Assembly (NCBI GenBank): GCA_964016885.1
Contig: CAXHJY010001391.1
Location: 1-64,000, forward strand
Length of the DNA stretch: 64,000 nucleotides
DNA from: Eledone cirrhosa
Taxonomy: Eukaryota
Reading direction: 5' to 3'
The first letter of the stretch is position 1. Each line of letters begins with the position of its first letter. A program made the position numbers and the translations under genes. Under the pieces are notes generated by a model. It saw only the letters and a program-made list of their open reading frames with translations, was not told where the DNA came from and did no database searches. Shown one piece after another: positions 16,633 to 30,173 of the stretch.

Positions 16633-19600
16633 TTTCTTTATTGGCCACAAGGGCTGACATCAAGAAAAACATTACAGACGGCACAGTACGGTACGATGTG
16701 GGTTTTGTGCGTGTAAATATTTTTATTATTTATATAAGAAAAGAAAAAAAAGGGACATAGAAACATATATATATATAAACAATAAAAATGAAAATTGAAA
16801 CAATGAAAAATTCCCCAATAGGGGGGAAACCTCCGAGGGTTACTCGTGGCGAAAACCACACAAAAGACCACGGCCACCCTGACCACCAGGGCAAGCGCCC
16901 TCTCTCAATTTTTCCATTTCTCAAACTACAGACGTATATTCAGAGTGGTCCCGTTCACTCGGACCATTCTCGCTACATTCACCCACCTTTCAACAAACTT
17001 GCTAGAAGGCAGCACTTGCCTCTCCACCCTGATTTTCCTCTTCAAGTGAAACTTGAAAAAGTTAATTAGGGATTCGCCGAAGAGGAAAGTGTCTGTCTTT
17101 AACCCTTTTAACCTTGGCCACTACACAATCTCTTTCGCCATGGCCACCAGGCAGATGAAAACCACCTGCCCTTCCTCCTCGAAGGAAGACGGCGAGACCA
17201 TCTGCACAATGGACTCAGTCGACAACCGGATCAGTCCTACACGCGACAGCAACTGTTCGACATAGCTCCACAAGTCAGCAATGCTCGAGCACTGAACGAG
17301 TGCGTGCACGACGGTTTCGTCGCTCTGCGCGCATCTCGAACAGGCTCGGCTGACGGCACTTCCGTGCCTGTAGAGCTTATCTCGAACTGGCAGCACTCCC
17401 CGGTAGCACTGCCAAGCCAGGGATTTTTGGAAGTTATCCATAGGCCCTGGGCTAAAAGTTCTCCGGAAGAGAGCAAACAGCTGATCTTCTTCGACGCCAA
17501 GGATCTCTCCGAGAATGTCGTCGCTCTTCCCCTCCACTAGTCCTCTATAGAATGCCGAGGTGGATGTTCCACCGATATTGGTGCCCAGCTGGCAGAGGGC
17601 AGTGAGCGCCTGGATACATTCCAGTTTCCAAGCGCTATCCCTCGGTCTTTTTCTGACCCAGGACTGCAGCTCCGTCAAGGAGACGAGCTGTGGGAAAACG
17701 TGCCTGGCGAACGGCGATCACACCTGTTCACCATCAAGGAAGCACCAGAGATGTCGCAGCCTCAGCGCATGTTTTCGCATCATCAGCCATGGCATTCCCA
17801 GTCCTCCACGCAACGGGTGTTGACAGCAGATGGATCGTCTGATCATGGGAGCGCGTCCCTTCCACAAAAAGCGGAAGAGGAGGCGCTCCATTTTGGTGAG
17901 AGTTGGGCTGGAGCAAGGGACGACGGTGAGGCGGTAGCAGATGACGGATGCGATGTACGCATTCGCCACCTCCGCCAGGCCTTTCAGTGACAGCTTCCTC
18001 TCGGCCCATTTCTGGGTGAGGGAGGCCACCCTGCTCGTCACTTCGTTCCAGTTTTTCCCCATCTGGAGGTCCGGTCCGAACCAGACCCCGAGCAATTTAA
18101 CCAGTCCGTCCAACGCCCCATGACGCTGTCGGATGGCATGGACTTGCCTCTCCAGGTGCCGAGCTGCAAGCCCACCGACTTTTCCTGGTTTATCTTTGCT
18201 CCTGTTACCGCTTCGTATTCCTTGAGAGCGGTGCCGAGCATCTGGACGTGTCTGGTGCTCGACACCACCACGGTGAAGTCATCAGCGTAAGCGGACTCGG
18301 ATTTCCCGCATCCTAGTTCGCGTGGGACGCCCCTCATCGCCCCCAGTTTGTGCAGTAACGGCTCGAGAGCCAATACGTACAAGAGGGACGAGAGGGGACA
18401 ACCCTGGCGGACTGAGCGCATGATGCTGAACGGCTGCGACAGGTGACCGTTCACCCTCACAACTGAGCAGATGTCGCTGTACATTGCTGCGATCCAACCC
18501 CTGAAAACGGGCCCGAAACCGGCTGCCTCGAGGACCGCCGCCAGGTACCGATGGTCGACCCTATCGAATGCTTTGGATTGATCCAAGTTGATCAGGGCCC
18601 CACCCGTGCCAGGTTCCTTAACCACCCTCTCTATGATGTATCGCATGAGGTGGAGGTTGTCGTGTATGGATCTGTCCGGAATGGCGCATGTCTGCGCCTC
18701 CCCCACCAGACCCTTGACGACAAGCGCCAACCTCGTTGCTAACACCTTGACCAAAATCTTGAACTCTGCGTTTAGCAGGGTTATGGGCCTGAAATTATCA
18801 ATAACATCCCCCTTATTCGGGTCTTTTCTCAGCAGCCCCACTGCTCCCCGGCTCACAAAACTGGGAATGCTCCCGTTCTGCTGCCAGTTGCAGTAGACGT
18901 CTGCCAAGAGGTCACTGAACAAGTCTGGCATAAATGCATAAAGCTCGTAGGGCAGACCATCCAAACTTGGCGATTTACCCCTCGTGCAGTTAGCCATCGC
19001 TTCCCGTATTTCACCGGTTGTTATTGGTTTTTTGCAACACTGTGCTGCGGTCGTCGAGAGCCGAGGCAGTCCGTCGAGGTATGCACTGAAGTCCATGCCC
19101 CGATCCGGGCCGCCCCCGAACAGTTCAGCAAAGTACTGCTGAAAAGCTTCACACATCCGCTCGGGTTCGAGCATCACGCACCCGTTTTGGTCAGACAAAG
19201 ACCGAATTGTGGCTTTGTTGCCACGTCGCGCCTCTGCCACCCGGGCCCATTGGACGGCTTTTGTCCCCTCGTGTTTCAGAGTACGCGCTCTAGCTCTGAC
19301 AACGCAGCCTTCGTGTTTTGCGTTGAAGAATTGGTCGAGTGCCAATCTCGCCGCAAGCACGTCGCTTGCGATGCCTGTCCTAAACGCCTCTTCTAGCTTT
19401 CTGACTAGCTTCCCTCTACTCTATTTTCCTCTATCACTACTCCTTTGCTAAACCTAATCGACTCTACTTTAATTGCCCTTTTCAGTGTGAACCACCACCT
19501 GTTGTTGACGACCGCTCCCGTCAATGCCCGCTTAACAAATACGCTAATCCGGTCTCTGTAGGCCTTGCGCGCCGGGAAAGACGCGTTCAGCTTCCAGTAA

Positions 19601-21060
19601 CCAGGCCCTTGTCTATGAAGTCGGTCTATGTCGATCTCACAGATCACAAATTTGTGGTTTGTGTAGTCGACTATTTTAAATTGTGGACAACTTATACTAG
19701 CCTTATCTAGTTCTCAGCAGAATACCCTATCGAGATACGATCTGGATGACCCGATGCGGTTTGTCCATGTCCACATTGACACATTCGGGTGATCCAGTCG
19801 ATACCTGTCAGACAGTTCAAAACCTCTGAGCAGGTTGGTGAGGCTCTTGCACCCTCCTCCCCTATCCACTAACCCCACACAATCCCAGCGTGCATCCAAG
19901 ATACCGTTCCAGTCGCCCACTAACACTAATGAGCGGGACGTTCCAAGAAAGGTCTCTAGATGTCTGAAGCAATCTGGCCGTCCTGCCCCTGTTGGGGCGT
20001 AGACGGCTACTAGCCTGAAAGCATTGCCTTCGCTACCGGTCACGTCCAGCACCACCGACTTACCTTCTGGGTCTAGGAAGATGGCCCGTATTGCGAGATC
20101 CAAGCCTCTCCGAAAAAGGACGGCAACCCCTCCCCCCGATCCTGGACGACTGGGAGATGCGTATACATCGTAGCCGCCGAAGATCAGTGCGAAGGCTTGT
20201 GCTTCGGAGATTCTGGTTTCACTGATGGCCACCACATCTATGTTTAGTGACCTGAGGTCGTTGAGCAGGTGACCCTGCTTCCAAGATGACCCCAGGCCAC
20301 GTGCATGTATACTGCCTATTCTGAGTACGGCCATGTTGGATGAGAAACGGGGCAAGTGAGAAAGGCTCACTTACCTTGATCGTGTGGTGAAGGGATAGTA
20401 GAACCGTCCCTTTGGCTGGTCATGGGTGTTTCCAAGAGGATGTCAGTGTATATCCTCTTGGTAACCGACCCTCTGAAGTCTCCAACTGCGTTGGGGAATT
20501 TTTGTTTTAAAGGTTTGTACTGTTCTATTGAGATTTCGATGATGCTTATGTTTGTCGGGAGAGTTCTTGGTGTTGGTGGGGTGTAGTAGTTTTTTTCTGT
20601 GATGTCTGTGTGCTGCTTTATATATTGTATGAGTTCTTTTTTTTGCCATGTTTATGGCTGTGTACTTTTTGGGGAGGAGGGGTGATTTTGTTGCTGCTTT
20701 CTTCTTGTTGCTGTTTGGTGTTTGTGTCTTGTTGTGTTTGGTTGTTGGTGTTTTTGGTGATGCTGCTGGTGGTGTGGTTGTTGTTGTCAGTGGTGCTTGT
20801 GGTGGTGATGGTGATGGTGTTGCTGCAAGTTTCCTTGCAGCCTTTACCCCTCTTTGTATGCCTTCGCTTTTGGAGGGTGAATCTAAGGGTTTTTTTCTTT
20901 TTTCTTTTTTGTGGCAGACCGTTTGCCACTTCACTCCCGCCTCAAACTCCATGTCGGATTCTGAGGCCTCTGGGAGGGGTATGTGCTCCACGGCTGTTGG
21001 TGGTGGTAGTGGAGCCCTCTTCGGCAATTTTGTTGCTGGTGTAGCTACTTCAAATGTAGC
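16631..21060 (-). mobile_element. Second Tx1/L1-clade element, 5'-truncated within ORF1
   Basis: APE at 20334-19400, RT at 19360-18038 (YADD), Zn finger CSRC...HALVQC; 3'UTR homologous to element 1. Confidence 0.95.
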
Positions 21061-21065
21061 TATTG

Positions 21066-21190
21066 GCTTTCTTTATTAACCACAAGGGTTTACACAAAGT
21101 AAAACATTAAGGACAATACAGGACGGTACAAATGGGCATTTCTGCGTGTAAAAAAAAACAACAGAGGATGTAACAAAAAAAGAAACAATG
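21066..21190 (-). mobile_element. 3'-terminal stub of a third Tx1 copy
   Basis: Near-identical to 10706-10835 (GCTTTCTTTATTAACCACAAGGGTTTAC...). Confidence 0.85.
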
Positions 21191-21265
21191 TGGTGTATAT
21201 TTTTATTCGCAGCATGACACTCCCAAAGCATAACAATATACGTTTCAACTCATGATTGCGAAACG

Positions 21266-21385
<120 letters not shown>

Positions 21386-21490
21386 CGGTGGTGATCGTGG
21401 TGGTAAGAAACTCTCAGGGGAGAATGACAGCAGAAGGTCGCCAGAGAAGAAACACCCACAAGCGAGTGTTTCGGCCTTATATATATATAT

Positions 21491-23146
<1,656 letters not shown>

Positions 23147-24201
23147 GAAATGGCTGTGTAGTTGCTATTTAAGGTAACTTAAAATGCAGTGGGAATACGA
23201 AGAAAGCAAGAACAGTGGGGGTCCTCATCAGTTGTCTACTGGATGTCTAGGATATTTCTACTCTTTAAAGACAAGATACCACTTCACCCCAGGGAGTCAA
23301 TAACTGGATAAGTTATTGGGAAAACGAAGGAAGGAAATCAAATGAGAAGAAAAGAGAAACAATAACAAAACAGCGAAAAAACCCACAAACCGAGCAATGT
23401 GCGAGCAACTATAGGTAGGAAATAGAAGAACACCATATTCGAAGATCGAGCCGCAGCCAAGCCGACGAATGCATTCAGAAGTGCAGCCAAGCACTCGACA
23501 AGGTATAAAACCTCAGAGTAATAATATACAGTTTAAAGGGCTTTGCAAATTAAAGATAGCGACCGGTAATTCAGCTGGTGGGTCCGTAGCAACGAAAGAA
23601 CTGACTCGCGAGAAAAATACATACATATATATATAACAAACCTGGACCACCACTTCAAAATTTTGCAATATCTCAGTTAGGTTTCTGTAAATCCGAAATC
23701 AACAAAATCCGCTTGCAGTGTATACAAGTTAAGTTTCTGGGAGATCGAACAGTGGATTTACTTTCTCAACAGGCTTCCGTTCTGACACCAGTCCGGTTGT
23801 GAGGGCACATGTTACTCCCAAGAGAGCTAACCCCGGTTTTTGGAGGTCAAATTCAAATTATGAGCAATGGAATAGGTTCCGTACACAAACTGAATTAAGC
23901 ACTCAACCAGACCGTTATTAAACAAACATAAATAATTAACCAATCAATAGAATTGTCTAATTAAATTAATCAATTAATCATTAAGTCTAGGAGATAGTAA
24001 TACAAATGGAAGTACAGCATATTCGAAGCTCGAGCCGCAGCCAAGCCGACGAATGCATTCAGAAGTGCAGCCAAGCAACGAAAGAACTGACTCGCGAGAA
24101 AAAATACATACATATATACATATATATATATATACTTTTTAAATGGAAGTTGCATTATTCTAAGGTATGTCAAAATTATTTATAAAACAGCTTATATATT
24201 G

Positions 24202-24267
24202 TATTTTGTCTGAGGAAGGCATACCATATTTTTAATATGATATCCCAGAAATATATATAACGAAATA
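24202..24267 (+). ncRNA. Predicted type I hammerhead ribozyme (minimal stem III)
   Basis: Stem I TATTTTGT/ACGAAATA; CTGAGGA at 24210-16; imperfect stem II capped by CATATT-ttt-AATATG; GAAA at 24248-51; T-ATAT-A with an ATA triplet; AATAAA at 24264-69. Confidence 0.6.
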
Positions 24268-24397
24268 AATATGGTTTTATAAATATAGTTTCCATTTGTT
24301 TAATATCGTAAACCTACTCCAAAAACTGTTGAGTGCTTTTATATCAGTTATAAAATATTTACTCGTTGTAACCCAACAATTTTTAATAAAACTTTTG

Positions 24398-24469
<72 letters not shown>

Positions 24470-24470
<1 letters not shown>

Positions 24471-24790
24471 CCTATCCTGGAAACGACATCCCACCTTGTC
24501 TAAAATCTATGGCAAACTCCCTCGAGCCTCTGCCCTTCTAAAATCCCGGAGAGCTCAATTTGCTGGCCACTGTCATCATGCCAGCAATGAAATCATATCC
24601 GCTCTCTTGCTCTGGAACCCTGACTCCAGCCTGACTAGGAGTAGGAAGCTGTCATTCCCTGACGTTATCTCTAGGGATACGGGAATCAGTAGACAGGACC
24701 TGGGGGCAGCGATGGGGGACAGGGAATTCTGGGGCATGAGAGTGAGATCCGTCATCTCGACAGTAGTCGACGAATGATGATGATGATGAT
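24470..24790 (+). mobile_element. RTE-type LINE 3' fragment (distinct family)
   Basis: RRAQFAGHC...LLLWNP thumb motif; TGA stop runs into (GAT)n; embedded in (TA)n. Confidence 0.75.
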
Positions 24791-24822
24791 ATATATATAT
24801 ATATATTCAATTTTATTATTAT

Positions 24823-24888
<66 letters not shown>

Positions 24889-24896
24889 GGAATAAC

Positions 24897-25830
24897 AAGT
24901 TATCGTTATAGGCAATTCACTTAGAGGTAGTCCAGTTAGTTAGAGTATTCCGTGTTGTGGATGGTATTAACGTATGGCTTAGTTTGACTCAACAAGACGC
25001 TTCCATAGTGATGCAGCGAGTTCGCGGTGATTTCTATGTAGGTTATACTTGGAGTAATAATAATTCAAGAAAGAAGAGTAACATGGTTGTCTGTACAATA
25101 AGGGCTTTATTCACAGTGCTGACAATTGTTTCTTTGATCTGGTAGGTCTAGAGCTCGCTAATCGCTTGATGTTGCGTCAATGGATCTCCAATACTTTGTT
25201 TATAACCAGTCAATTCATCAGAGCGTGCGGATGTGAGGATAATACGCAAGGCATGGCTTTTATAGTGGAGTGGTATTAGACCAGAACAATAAAATCAATA
25301 ACAAAATAACTAGATACTGAATCGTTAAAATAATAACATCAATATAAGTAAGAAATAGAGTATAATGATAAAACTAGCATGGTAAACGAACTGATATGAT
25401 ACAGATGTATGAAATTGACATGTGAAAACTACTATAGGGTACATTAGATGTAGTATTTGAGGGATGAAGAGATAACTAATAAAATGTACTTAGAGTCACA
25501 TTTTGGAATCTACACTTTAAGTGCAATTATGGGGGATCTAGATACAAGCGTGCTGTGGGTCTAAAAGCACACTAGCAATAAACCGGAGATTGATTTATGG
25601 TTTGACAGATAAGTATTTTCGTTGTATCAACTTAGTGAGATTGATAGAGTGAGTGTATAGAGATATATAGTTCTTAGGTGGTATTAAGTGAAATTGCAGA
25701 TTCAGTATTTTAGGGTTTAGGTGGCCTATTCTAAATGTTGGGATTGCTAGTTCGAATCATGGGGGTTTAGTTTTCACAACATCAATAACAAATAGCGTAT
25801 AATTAAGACAATAACATCAACAATAAAATA
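24897..25830 (-). mobile_element. Penelope-like element 3' remnant
   Basis: Minus-frame FRIGHLNPKILNLQF (~25690-25735) resembles the C-terminal FRLGTLxPxGLN motif of PLE GIY-YIG proteins. A hammerhead and AATAAA follow, and TA repeats flank the segment. Confidence 0.5.
25112..25229 (-). ncRNA. Predicted type I hammerhead ribozyme
   Basis: Minus strand: CGCACGCT-CTGATGA-(a)TTGACTGGT...ACCAGATCAA(a)-GAAAC-AATT-GTC-AGCACTGTG, then AATAAA. Stem III ACAATTGT is palindromic. Confidence 0.7.
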
Positions 25831-26080
25831 TGAACTATATATATATATTACAAACCTGGACCATCACTTCGAAATGTTGCAATATCTCAGTTAGGTTTCT
25901 GTAAATCCGAAATCAACAAAATCCGCTTGCAGTGTATGCAAGTTAAGTTTCTGGAAGATCGAACAGTGGATTTACTTTCTCAACGGGCTTTCGTTCTGAT
26001 ATATATATATATATATTCTGATATATATATATATCACATAAGAAACGGAGAATCAGTGGTGCGACGAATAAAATTTATTA

Positions 26081-26162
26081 GACATATTACAATCGTTTCT
26101 CGAGGCACGATCGATGTAGTGATCGAACCTGACTCTGAAATCGCAAGATCCTCAGATACGTC
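26081..26162 (-). ncRNA. Predicted type I hammerhead ribozyme (inverted copy with a 13-nt stem II deletion)
   Basis: The minus strand reads GACGTAT-CTGAGGA-...-GAAAC-GATT-GTA-ATATGTC, then T and AATAAA. It lacks GCTGTTCGCCAGA, so stem II is weakened. Confidence 0.55.
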
Positions 26163-26180
26163 ACGATTCTACGAAGCACG

Positions 26181-26277
26181 AGACGTATCTGAGGATCTTG
26201 CGATTTCAGAGTCAGGTTCGATCATTGCATCGATCGTGCCTCGAGCTGTTCGCCAGAGAAACGATTGTCATATGTCT
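26181..26277 (+). ncRNA. Predicted type I hammerhead ribozyme
   Basis: Stem I AGACGTAT/ATATGTCT; core CTGAGGA (26189-95); long stem II TCTTGCGA...TCGCCAGA; GAAA (26258-61); stem III AC-gatt-GT; GTC cleavage triplet (C26269). Confidence 0.75.
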
Positions 26278-26824
26278 ACTAAATTGTATTCGTCGCACCA
26301 CTGATTCTCCGTTTCTTATGTGATATTATACTCTGCTCTGTAAGAGCATCGAGTGCTCAAACGGCCTACCGCTTACGGACGCTTTAAGCATCCCACACCA
26401 ATTATATATATATATATTTAAAAAATAGAGGGGTGACACACGAGTTGTGATATATTAGTAAAAAGAAAAAGAAAATGCTGACAAATTTTTCCCAGTGAAA
26501 AATAGTTTAATTAGGAATAAGTATGAATTAGTAATAAGTATTAGTTTGTATTCAGTTTTAGTTTTAAGTTTTTACCGGTTGCGCATTTCTAATGCTTTTC
26601 AAAAATAATTTTGAGATAGAGCGCTCGTGATGTTTGCTCTAATCTGATCAGTTTTGGAAATTCTTTCTGTTTTATGTGAAAAAAATGGCTCCAGAGGTAT
26701 TAAGATTTGGTTGGTTGTTGAATGTCACGTGAATAAGCACTATAAATTTCGCGCCAATTCGTGTTGCAAAAATTCTTGTAGTCAAAACAATTTTAATTGG
26801 TCGGTAGAAGTCACGTGAATATTA

Positions 26825-26900
26825 AAATTGATTTTAGCGCGAACTGGTTTCGCGACAAACCTACATTTGGCGCGAAACCAGTTCGCGCTAAAATCAATTT
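26825..26900. repeat. 76-bp hairpin palindrome
   Basis: AAATTGATTTTAGCGCGAACTGGTTTCGCG ... CGCGAAACCAGTTCGCGCTAAAATCAATTT, with perfect 30-bp arms. Confidence 0.95.
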
Positions 26901-27668
26901 AAATTAAATTAAATTAAGGGTGTCATGTCAGAGAGACATGCGCCATATCCACTGTAGAATATGCTCCAAGATTCCAATGAATAGATCCGAGCATTTTATA
27001 TCAACTAGAAATTGATTGACATATATATATATATCTAAAATAAACATATGAAACAATCCCAGGATTGGCACATGTCTCTCTGACATGACACCCTTAATTT
27101 AATTTAATTTTGGATATATATATACGGCCCCTTAATTGTAGAACTAACTCAGTTGAAAGGACTCGGCTGCTATTTCTAGTTGTCGATAATCCTATTCACG
27201 CCACTGAGATGAACCTGGTACGATGTGTGTATTTTTGAGAAATGCAACACGTGCTACTGGCCATTCGCAGATTTGGATTTGCTGTGTAAACACAGATATT
27301 TAAGTCTTCTTCCTTGTTGAAAATCTGGATTTGGCTACTGTGGTTTACCGAAAGATTGATGGTGAAATATATTTCTTTAATGAAATATATACAAGGAAGA
27401 TTAATCCATTTATAAGGTATCTATTTTTAAAGTTCTAGTTAAACTTTAATTAGTTACCTACATAGCTATGTCTGCTTACACACTTTTACAAATTATTCCC
27501 TGTGATTGTTTCATATGTTTATTTTAGATATATATATATATATATATATGTCAATCAATTTCTAGTTGATATAAAATGCTCGGAGCTATTCATTGGAATC
27601 TTGGAGCATATTCTACAGTGGATATGGCGCATGTCTCTCTGACATGACACCCTTAATTTAATTTAATT
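26901..27668. repeat. Nested inverted repeats
   Basis: 26901-27058 is inverted at ~27504-27668; its first 40 bp are also inverted at 27071-27110. Confidence 0.9.
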
Positions 27669-27699
27669 TTGGATATATATATATATATAGTTGCATCAT

Positions 27700-28190
27700 C
27701 GTTCACTTAGATGAACGATGCCGCAGGCAAGGCATCGACTCAGTCCCCTGAGAAGTTTGCGCTTGCAGAAAGTAAGCGACTCCTTGAAAATTAAGCAAAT
27801 TGATCAAAGTGAGAGTTGAAGGTGTCGCTCGAACGCATATTGTCCCATACTCTCTGCTTCCGTCAATCCTCGTCGGTATCAGAAGCGGATAAACCCAGAT
27901 CTCTCCGCTGTAGTAAAGCTTCATCCATCTCCCTGGTGGAACTAATCCATGTAGGAAAGGAGAGGATGTCACCGACTAAAGGGGAGCAAACGTAGATGGA
28001 GGAAAGAAAGCAATGAAGCGGCAGTGAAGGGCATTTACGCAGACCGAGACCTCCAAAACGTTTGGGCAAGGCAACCTGGTCGCGGGACTCTGGAGAGAGT
28101 TTGTCATTGACCAAGCCCTTAAGTTCACTGAAGATTAAGTCGTCAAAACACAACACAGTGGCTGTAGCAAGATTTCGACAGGATATCCAG
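27700..28190 (-). mobile_element. CRE-like non-LTR retrotransposon fragment (post-RT region)
   Basis: QVALPKRFGGLGLRK...CFLSS motif. Confidence 0.6.
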
Positions 28191-28969
28191 CCAACCACTA
28201 CTGAAATCTTATTTATATGGAAATGAAAATGTTTTCTAACCTTTAACGGGTCGTTGGGTTTCTGAGTCCGTTTGACAGTGCCCACCCTATTCCAGTTTAA
28301 TGATTACATCAAGAAACTGGGCGTGCAAGAAGTGAAGAAAAATGGCTCAACTTGGAATTTAACCTGTCGCGGATTTAGCTTATCACCCACTCAATGGCAC
28401 TCACAAATAACAGTTATGATTCAACAATATTTTTTTAATCCTTAATAAACTAGGCAAGTGCGTGACATAGTGGATGGCGTGTCAGACTTGATCATAAGGT
28501 CATGACTCGATTCCTGGATATGGTAGCACATTGTGTTCTTCAACAAGATGTTTCATTTGAATTTGAAAAGCATCAGTACCAGCAGCAGCTGGATGGGTCT
28601 TTTCGTGATAAGGTTGAGGCTACTACCATTAAAACACATGAGATGCAACTTTGTAGGAATCAGCTAAACCTACAAAAGTAGCTGTAACGACTTTGAGGTC
28701 CTCTCCACATAATCAAATAAATAAATAAAACTTGCTTTTGTTTACCATAGATAGTTGAACAAAAAGCTCATAGTAGATCACATTATTACAGCTGATTTAT
28801 ATCAAATATGATTTTCTTAATTATTTGTTAAATAATTTTTTTTTAATAATAAACATTACTCCCACATTTAATTTTTCATACAAAACACCTCGCAATGATT
28901 AAATAATAGGAGTGTTAACCAACATAATATTTTATTCGCTGTTGTATAAAAAAAGATATAATAATACAA

Positions 28970-29440
28970 TCTTGGAACCATCTGGGTTGTCCAGAAGTGA
29001 CGGCCTTACCATGTGCCTCTGGTCGAGAGGCCTTGTCTGGGACATCACAGTTAATGACTCTTTTGCTTCTTCCCACATCCTGGATGCTGCGGTTAGGGCG
29101 AGAGCCACAGCTTCCGCAGCCGAGCGGAGCAAGACCCTCAAATACTGTTATCTGTCGGCCAACTACATTTTCCAACCTGTGGCGTTCGAGACGTTCGGGG
29201 GAGTCGGGCTGCTGACTGCGAGTTTCCTCTCTTCACTGGCAGCTCACCTAACAGAGGTAACTGGCGAATCTCGCGAGGGCACTTGGTTGTTCCAGCGCAT
29301 CAGCCTGGCCATCACCCGATGCAACGCTGCGAGTGTGCTGGCTTGCCTCAAAAAATCATTAGAGAGGTTTCCGAGTACTCCTCGCGGGGCTGCTGTCTTT
29401 TGCTCTGGTGGTGGCTCTGTTTCCACCCGTTCCTTTATAT
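28970..29440 (+). mobile_element. CRE-like retrotransposon restriction-like endonuclease fragment
   Basis: EPSGLSRSDG..LVWDITV..AERSKTLKY..FQPVAFETFG..LFQRISLAITRCNAA; the KRPDG segment appears deleted. Confidence 0.75.
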
Positions 29441-30131
29441 TTTCTTTAATATTGCAACATTAAAGGAATATATTATTCTAAAAAAATAGCAAACAATTTA
29501 TAATATTATTTATGTATATCTAAAACATATTTGTTATGTTCTTCTACTGTAAATTTATTTATATGGTTTGTATATATCATGTGTTTATATTTTCACTCCC
29601 ATTTGTAACGTTATTTAATATATAACTAATAAATAATACAATGCTTACAGGACGAAAGCACAAACAAATATAATATAAAGGAAAGGGAAAGGAAAAATAG
29701 AAAAAAAAAAAAAAAAAAGGAAAAGAAAGAGAAGAAAAAAAAAACACATACATCTGGGACCACATGCAACAAAAGGCAGGTGAAAAGGATTAAATAATTA
29801 GAAATGAAATCCAATGCAGTTAACGCCACATAACCATTATAAAATCTTAAGTTATTGAGTAGTTAATGATATAGTGTGTAAAGATAAACTTCAGTCAATG
29901 GCATAGCTTTCATGCCATGTTAAAACTCAATCGCATAGATATGAACAGTACATAATTTCACTTCCACCCTCTGCTATTTTATAACAATGTAAGAAATGAA
30001 CAATGTATAATTTTGAAATTTCCTCCAGTCTGAATTAAGAACTGATAACTTGAAGAAAAGAATTGTAAGGGTAGATAACTCTATTTCTTAGTCTACATAC
30101 GCACTAGAGGTCACATTTTATGTAAAGAAAT

Positions 30132-30173
30132 ATGTCCGCTACTAATTTATCCGATGAAACTCAACATCGTAAT
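30132..30173 (+). CDS. TIMM10B: TIMM10B (Tim9b/FXC1, small Tim chaperone) exon 1, MSATNLSDETQHRN
   Basis: ATG at 30132, 14 codons ending ..RN, followed by consensus donor GTGAGT at 30174. Phase 0 joins exon 2. RN|xKDFLL matches the TIMM10B N-terminus (RN-LRDFLL). Confidence 0.8.

Larger units (their letters stand above)
26031..26326. repeat. ~296-bp inverted repeat (fold-back)
   Basis: 26031-26162 is the reverse complement of 26182-26326 apart from a few substitutions and one 13-nt indel; spacer about 19 nt. Confidence 0.95.

Noticed and set aside
23160-23240. Minus-strand CTGATGAGG core
   Set aside because: No downstream GAAA, stem III or closing stem I was found.
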